A stretch of DNA of 64,000 bases, from positions 343,623-407,622 of the forward strand of contig JAWQFM010000025.1 of assembly GCA_033442325.1 (NCBI GenBank), read 5' to 3'. Source of the stretch: Salpingoeca rosetta. Taxonomy: Eukaryota > Protista > Choanoflagellata. The position numbers and the translations under genes were made by a program. Numbering within the stretch: position 1 is the first letter of the stretch; every line of letters starts with the position of its first letter. The notes under the pieces are model-generated. The model did not search any database. It was not told the DNA's origin and was given only the letters and a program-made list of their open reading frames with translations. Positions 57,753-64,000 of the stretch are shown piece by piece.

Positions 57753-60260
57753 TGTGTGTACGTGTGTGTACGTGTGTGTGTACGTGCGTGCCTCTGTGTG
57801 TGTACGTGCGTGCCTCTGTGTGTGTGTTTGTATCTGTATCTGTGCCTATGAATGTGTCTGTATGTGTACGTAAACTTGCCTGCAACCCTGATCCGTGTTT
57901 CAACTCAACCGATCACGGCACCACATCACCTCCTCCTCCTCCCCTCTTCCTTCCGAGGCCACCAGTGGCAACGGCGCTGCCTGGTGCCGCTGTTGATGCG
58001 CGGCCGCCACTGCACCGGGCGCTGCTCGCTCTCGTTGGCGGCGATGACCTCACTGCCACGCTCCTCCTCCTCCACCTCATCTCTCGCGTGTACGTGCTGT
58101 TGCGTGATGCGATTGCGTATTTTGCGATTGTCTGTGTGTCTGTGTGTGTTTGTGTGTCTGTGTGTGTGTGTGTGTGTCTGTGTGTGCGTGTGTGTGTGTG
58201 TGTGTGCGTGTGTCTGTGTGTGTCTCTGTGTGTCTCTGTGTGCGTGTGTCTGTGTCTGTGTCTGTGTCTGTGTCTGTGTCTGTGTATGTCTTTCTGTCTG
58301 TCTGTGCGTCTGTCTGTCTGCACATATGTGAACATTCTCTTTCTGCTTCACCCGTGCCCTTCTCACCTCTAACTACACGCCCTGCACCGCTGTCACCACC
58401 ACCACCACCACCACCACCATGGTGCCATGCAGCCACACCCGCACAGCGGATGGCACAATGACGCTCGGGCAGTTCCCACTCAACCTCTTTGGTGTCACCG
58501 GCCCGCTCGCAGACCTCCCAGCACGGTAACGTGGAGAGGGGGGAATAACGGGTTGGCTTCGGGGTTACAGCGTGTACCTACTCTGCTGTGTGTGTGTGTG
58601 TGTGTGTGTTCTTTATTGGCGTGCACTTGCGCTTTGCGGCACATTGGCTCACAACCACCTCTTTCACCACCACCGCCACCACCCCTATGCACAGGTTGGA
58701 TGCGTTCCTGTCGACAATCACGACGAGCTCCCATCTCCTGGACATGTCGCTGCGCAGCCTCAACACCATGAGCATGGTCAGGGATGGTGGCGGAGCCGTG
58801 ATTCGAGGTGGTGGTGATGGTGGTGATGGTGGTGATGGTGATGGTGGTGGTGTGGTTGGTATGCATTCATGAACATAACTCGTCGGCACACACACACACA
58901 TTCATGCACACAACAAACAAACACACAAAAAAAACCAAACAAACAAACAAACAAACAAACAAACAAACAAACAAACAAACACACACACACACAAACACGT
59001 ATGCAGAACCCAAAGCGGAGTGGATCGACGGACAAATTGTCCGCTGGATTCCTGCAGCTGCCGCGCCACGCCCACGTCATTCTAAACGAGACGGCGATGG
59101 AGGCCGGACAGCTGAACGAGCGTGGGATCGCGAATCTCATGGCCCTTAAGACAGCCATGGACACGCAGCAGGTGGCATTCGAATTCGAACACGCAGGTGA
59201 GATGGTGAACGTAAATGGGTGAGGTGGTGGGGTAGGCGGGACGAGATTGTGTCTGTGCGTATCTGCATGTGTGTGTGTGTATGGGTGTGTGTCTGTGTTC
59301 CAGGCTTTTGTTGTTAGTGTGCCAGCACTGATGAGTAGCGTCGTACACACGTCACACGTGGCATGTTACAAACCACATCCTCCCTCTCATCTTACCTCCA
59401 TCTTACAACAACCCCCGCTGTCACGACAGGGTCCATCATGTTTGACATTGATGTGCAGCTTCTCGTTCTGTCGGAAGGAAAATCCATGCTGCCGGTCAGT
59501 CATGACTCCTCACTTTGCTTTCAATGTTCTGTGTGTGCGTGTGTGTATCTGTGCGTGTGTGTCTATGTCTGTGTCTGTGTGTGTGTCTGTGTCTATGTTT
59601 GTGTTTGTGTGTGTGTCTGTGTGTGTCTGTGTCTGTGTCTGTGTGTGTGTGTGTGTGTGTGCATCTGTGTGTGTGTGTCTGTGTATTTGTGTACCTCTGT
59701 GACTTGTAAATGTCTGTCTGTCTGTCTTCTATGCATGTCTGCATCTCTATCTCACCCCCTGTCCACACTTTCCCCCCCCCCCCGCTCCTCCGCAACACCC
59801 CCCCCCACCCACACCCACACACACACACAACAGGTGTCGACCAAAGTGCCGATTGCGCCCACTGCTGACGTGACGGCGCCACAGCTTACAGACGACGAGA
59901 CAGACGCCATTAGGGCATACCTGGGTACGCCATAGTTGGTTGGCAGCTGGCAGTGGGCACGGTCGCGCGGAATGATGGTGTTCTTGTTCGCTGCTGCCCT
60001 TGATGGTGGCGTTGATGGTGACGTTGATGGTGGCTGTCGGTCTTGTTGTTGGTCCCTTCGTAGTCTGTTTGGCTGGTGGCAGCGTGTACCTGATGCAGCG
60101 GCTCATTCCCATGTTGGCTCACCCGTTCACAACCCCACATGTGATCGGCACCTCACCCTCTCTGCTGATCAGATTTGGCCAAGCACGCGGAGTTCACCAT
60201 TGCCGAGGAGATGCAGGAGGTGAGCATGCACGAAAACGCACGTACATACAAACACACACA

Positions 60261-60291
<31 letters not shown>

Positions 60292-60494
60292 GAGCTCTTG
60301 CTTACCCTCTACTCTTCCCGACAATAAGCAGTGCTCACGGCGATGCTTGCATGCCATCTGATGCACGCGTGTGTGTAAATGCGTGCAGGCAATCAGCTCC
60401 GACTTTTCAACAATGCGGCAGGAGGATCCGTCCATCACCGCCGACGCCCTCCACCGCTTGCTCGGCATTGCAAGGTGATGCATGCTCTGTGTGA

Positions 60495-60537
<43 letters not shown>

Positions 60538-60806
60538 TGTTTGTGTTTGTGTATGTGTGTGTGTGTGTGTGTTTGTGTTTGTGTTTGTGTATGTGTGTGT
60601 GTGTGTGTCTGTGTGTGTCTGTGTGTGCGCGCGCTCTCCACTAGCCTACCCACGTCCCACCAACTTCACTCACACCACCACCCCACGCGCTCATGTGGCA
60701 CAGGCTCGTGTCGCTGAGCTATGGCCGCTCGTCGCTTGATCTTGACGGGTGGACGGAAGCGAAACGCATCGACGCCGCCGTCACACAGCGCATGCACGCG
60801 CAGTAA
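54705..60806 (+). CDS. MCMBP: Mini-chromosome maintenance complex-binding protein
   Basis: Multi-exon gene. Motifs [111 protein letters not shown] and RLVSLSYG match MCMBP in order. Confidence 0.93.
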
Positions 60807-61166
60807 TCACAACACCACATGCTTCTGGCGCACCGTGCAATGAGAACACGTTCATTGTTGTTCACTGGCTACTATCATTGCATTGTGATTGTTGCTCTGT
60901 TGCTGGTGGCTTCCTTGATGTTTACTTGTGGTGCAACTTAGAAAGCAATTCCTTTGTGGGTCAAGTGAACGGTTACAATCACGCCAAAAACCAGGCGCAC
61001 AGGGAAAACCCAACACATCCAACACAACACACACAACACAACACGCACACAACACAACACAACACACACGCGCGCGCACGCACACAACACACAACACAAC
61101 ACACAACACAACACACACACACACGTATGACCTTCCGTTGTGTCCATAAGAAGCGTCACCACAGCA

Positions 61167-63446
61167 TCATGCAAACTTGGCGCCACGCCTGCCACCCCGA
61201 CCAAAAGAAAGCTGGCGTGCACTGGGCACGGGCGTGTCGAACGCATGCTTTTGCCACGGAGCGCGCGTGTGTATCCATCCTACAGCGCCCCGCTTGTTGC
61301 GACCACCCCTCATGCCACGGCCAACCGACACCCCAGGTCGTGGCATGGCAGCGGTGAGACCACGTCCCATCCCAACACTGCCACCCATCCCAGCATGGCG
61401 CACAGCACCACCACCACGACCTCTCATGCCACCGCCAACAGCACCAACACCACGACCTCTCATGCCACCGCCAGCAGCACCAACACCACGAGCCACTGGG
61501 AGGGTAATGGCTACGGGTCTGGCGTTGAAGTTGCGTGAAGGCGGCTGTGCAGATGCGCACCTTGGCGTCGATGGAGTGATGAGTTTCGCTGCTGTAGGTG
61601 GTGGCGTTGTTGCAGGTGCTGTTGCTGTTGCTGTTGCTGTTGTTGTCGTTGTCGTCGTTGCTGGTATTGGTGGCTGGTTTGCTCCTGTTTTTCTCGTCAT
61701 CGGTGTTTCCGTGTTCTTCTTCGCCATTGGTGCGGACAGCGGTGACGATGGTGTGGGTGCTGCTGTTGATGGAATCACTGATGATGACGACGATGATGAT
61801 GATGATGATGGCCTGGGTGGCGTGGGTGGCGTTGGTGTCGTTGGTGTCGCTGATGACTTTGACACTTGCAGTGCACCACCAGCACCAGCACCAGGTTCGT
61901 TGTGCCGGTGTTGATGATGGTGGTCTTGTTCTTGTTGCTGCTGATGCTGCTGTTGTTGTGCTGGCTGATGCCGTGTTTGCCCGTGGTGATGTGGGTGTGA
62001 TCGCCTGGTGGCTGCCTTGGCCTGCGCAATGGCAGCGAGTAAGCGTGTGGCGGCTGTGGCGGCTGGATCTGCCGCTGGCGGGTGGGCACCAAACGACTTG
62101 CTGCTCATCGGTGCTGGTGCCACACCACCCCAGTCAACACCACCACCTCTTGCCACACCCCCGCCAACACCACCACCTCTTCCACGCCGCACCACAACAC
62201 CACGACCCCTGCCACCACCAAGACCAACGCCGCCACCGCGCACGTGTTGCCCTCGCGGTGTGACGGGGAGCGTGCGAGGTGCATCAGCGGCCATCCCGCA
62301 TCTGCCTGCACGCATGCGTGCATGTGCATGCTTACGCAGCAGCATTGCGCCGGCAGAGATGGGTGGAACATGTGCCTTACCACAATCTGGTTTCCCCATC
62401 GCTGCTGTTGCCGTTCCTGCTGCTGTTGCTGGCGTTGTTGCTGATGCTGCTGGTGGTGTTGCTGGTGTAGATGGCGATGGTGCCTCCTTGGCATGCGGTG
62501 ATGCTGGGGCAAGGGACGAAGGGCGCGTGTCAGCCGTGCTCGTGAGGCCACTGACAACAGCGGTACTTGACGCGGTCTCGGTCTGAGTCACCCCTTGTGC
62601 CAAAATCTCAGCTGCAGTTGTGATTGCAGTCCCCATTGACTTAACATCGTCACACGGCTTCATATTGGTAGGTGCTGCCGTTGTGGACGTTGGCGCTGTC
62701 GTTGTGGACGTTGGTGACGCTGCTGTCGAAGGTGAATGCGCAGTTGTTTGGTGGTGTGATGGTGGTGATGGAGCAGCGCCCAGTTCACGATGTGGTGCGT
62801 CTGCATGGTCACCTTGCATTGAGGCTGTGATTGAAGCGATGTCTGGAATCACAGACGCATGGCCCCCTGCTTTGGCTGCGGTGGCTTCCACAGCTGTTGG
62901 TGAGTGGGGCGCGTCAACAGGAGAGCCGAGTGAAGACGCCTGCGAGAGTGTGGAGGAGCACGATGACGACGTGGAGGTGGCCCGCTTGCGACGCTTTTCT
63001 GGGTTTGGGGTTGGGTTTGAATCGGCCGTGCACTTTGCCTCCATGACACAGTCGCTGGCTGCTAGCACCTGCTCATCTGCTTGCTGCTGCTGCTGCTGCT
63101 GCTGCTCAACTGCTGCTTCTTCCCCGTCCTGCTGCTGCTGTTGCTGCTCGTCGGGTGCGGAGGCCGCCTTGTTGGCGTGCCGCTGCTGATGAGCCCATCT
63201 TGGGTTGTTGCGCACAAATTCGAGGATGAGGTTGCGGAGACGACGCGTCGGCAGATCCTTCTCCGGGCTTGGGTGGTTTCGCGGCAGCCGTGCGAGGATG
63301 CGGAAGCGCCTGCCATACTTGGTCCGCTGGGTTTCCAGCCAATCGCGGATGTTCATAAGTGGTGGTGGTGATTGTGGTGATTGTGACGGCTCAGACGCAC
63401 GCCGCGGAGCGCTGTCGCTGCCAGCTTTGGACTTGGTCAGCACCAT
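61167..63446 (-). CDS. Intronless ~760-aa low-complexity protein with RG/RGG-rich segments; function unknown
   Basis: Uninterrupted ORF with likely start MVLTKSKAG at 63446. It has a short helical-looking segment (NIRDWLETQRTKYGRRFRIL..LRNLILEFVRNNPRW), polyQ and S/T/P/A tracts, and GGMRGRG repeats near the C-terminus. Confidence 0.7.
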   Translation of the reverse strand: MVLTKSKAGSDSAPRRASEPSQSPQSPPPLMNIRDWLETQRTKYGRRFRILARLPRNHPSPEKDLPTRRLRNLILEFVRNNPRWAHQQRHANKAASAPDEQQQQQQDGEEAAVEQQQQQQQQADEQVLAASDCVMEAKCTADSNPTPNPEKRRKRATSTSSSCSSTLSQASSLGSPVDAPHSPTAVEATAAKAGGHASVIPDIASITASMQGDHADAPHRELGAAPSPPSHHQTTAHSPSTAASPTSTTTAPTSTTAAPTNMKPCDDVKSMGTAITTAAEILAQGVTQTETASSTAVVSGLTSTADTRPSSLAPASPHAKEAPSPSTPATPPAASATTPATAAGTATAAMGKPDCGKAHVPPISAGAMLLRKHAHARMRAGRCGMAADAPRTLPVTPRGQHVRGGGVGLGGGRGRGVVVRRGRGGGVGGGVARGGGVDWGGVAPAPMSSKSFGAHPPAADPAATAATRLLAAIAQAKAATRRSHPHHHGQTRHQPAQQQQHQQQQEQDHHHQHRHNEPGAGAGGALQVSKSSATPTTPTPPTPPRPSSSSSSSSSSVIPSTAAPTPSSPLSAPMAKKNTETPMTRKTGANQPPIPATTTTTTTATATATAPATTPPPTAAKLITPSTPRCASAQPPSRNFNARPVAITLPVARGVGAAGGGMRGRGVGAVGGGMRGRGGGAVRHAGMGGSVGMGRGLTAAMPRPGVSVGRGMRGGRNKRGAVGWIHTRAPWQKHAFDTPVPSARQLSFGRGGRRGAKFA

Positions 63447-64000
63447 GGTGCCACCCTTGTTTCCACAGTGCTGCTCACTGGAATCGCGTGTGGCAGTGGC
63501 AACCTGGAGTCCATGAAGAAGAGAGTGGCGGAAGTGACAGGGGGTGGCGGAGAGGCGGGGACAGACAGGGAGACGGAGACAGAGAGGCAAAGAAACACAC
63601 AACAAATGCAACCAAGAGACCTGCACACTCACAGTCACAGTCACTCTCACGAAGTCACACACAGTGTGTGTTGCGGTTGACAGGATAGGACAGGCCAGAG
63701 CAAGGCTTGTTGTTGTTGCCCGGTGTGATGTGATAGTGCCCGACACACGAAATGGTAGGGTTTTATTTTTCTCGTTTGTGGTTGGATTTGAGTCGTTTGA
63801 AAGCTGCCCGGCAGCACCACGCCGGCCTTGCACATGCATCTGCGCTGGTTTGGGGTGCAAGGGTGACGCACACGCCCCAAGCAACCGCTGTCAAGTTGCA
63901 TCTTTCGTGCAAATCGTCGGCAAAATAAAAATTTTCAACCACCATCACCGACGATGGACACGGACGATGATGAGTTTGTGCCTGATTCCGAGGTGGTGAG

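Overview
Intron-rich unicellular eukaryote DNA with introns full of (CA)n/(TG)n, most consistent with a choanoflagellate such as Salpingoeca rosetta (inferred from style and gene content, not from a search). There are six N-gaps. About 11 protein-coding genes: (1-2) a head-to-head pair of Tweety-family paralogs, both with N-terminal signal peptides; (3) a Roco-type gene with LRR-ROC-COR fused to a C-terminal H-Y-E PARP-like ADP-ribosyltransferase, where each LRR sits on its own 84-nt phase-2 exon; (4-7) four intronless genes in a row: two paralogous C2H2 zinc-finger genes, an F-box-like/degenerate-LRR protein between them, and a secreted 7-repeat beta-propeller; (8) a receptor-type tyrosine phosphatase with TNFR-like Cys-rich ectodomain repeats; (9) a divergent PH-C2-RasGAP (SynGAP/DAB2IP-like) ending in a PDZ-ligand motif; (10) a mitochondrial carrier with a long N-terminal extension; (11) MCMBP; plus an intronless RG-rich low-complexity ORF. 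Non-coding structure includes a 616-bp direct duplication, a 43-bp minisatellite in a divergent promoter, and many introns with a UG-rich 5' arm and CA-rich 3' arm. The strongest candidate for an undescribed system is the modular-LRR Roco-PARP and the fast-evolving intronless block beside it. Most long ORFs in the supplied track are microsatellite or gap artefacts. Exon boundaries were read by eye.
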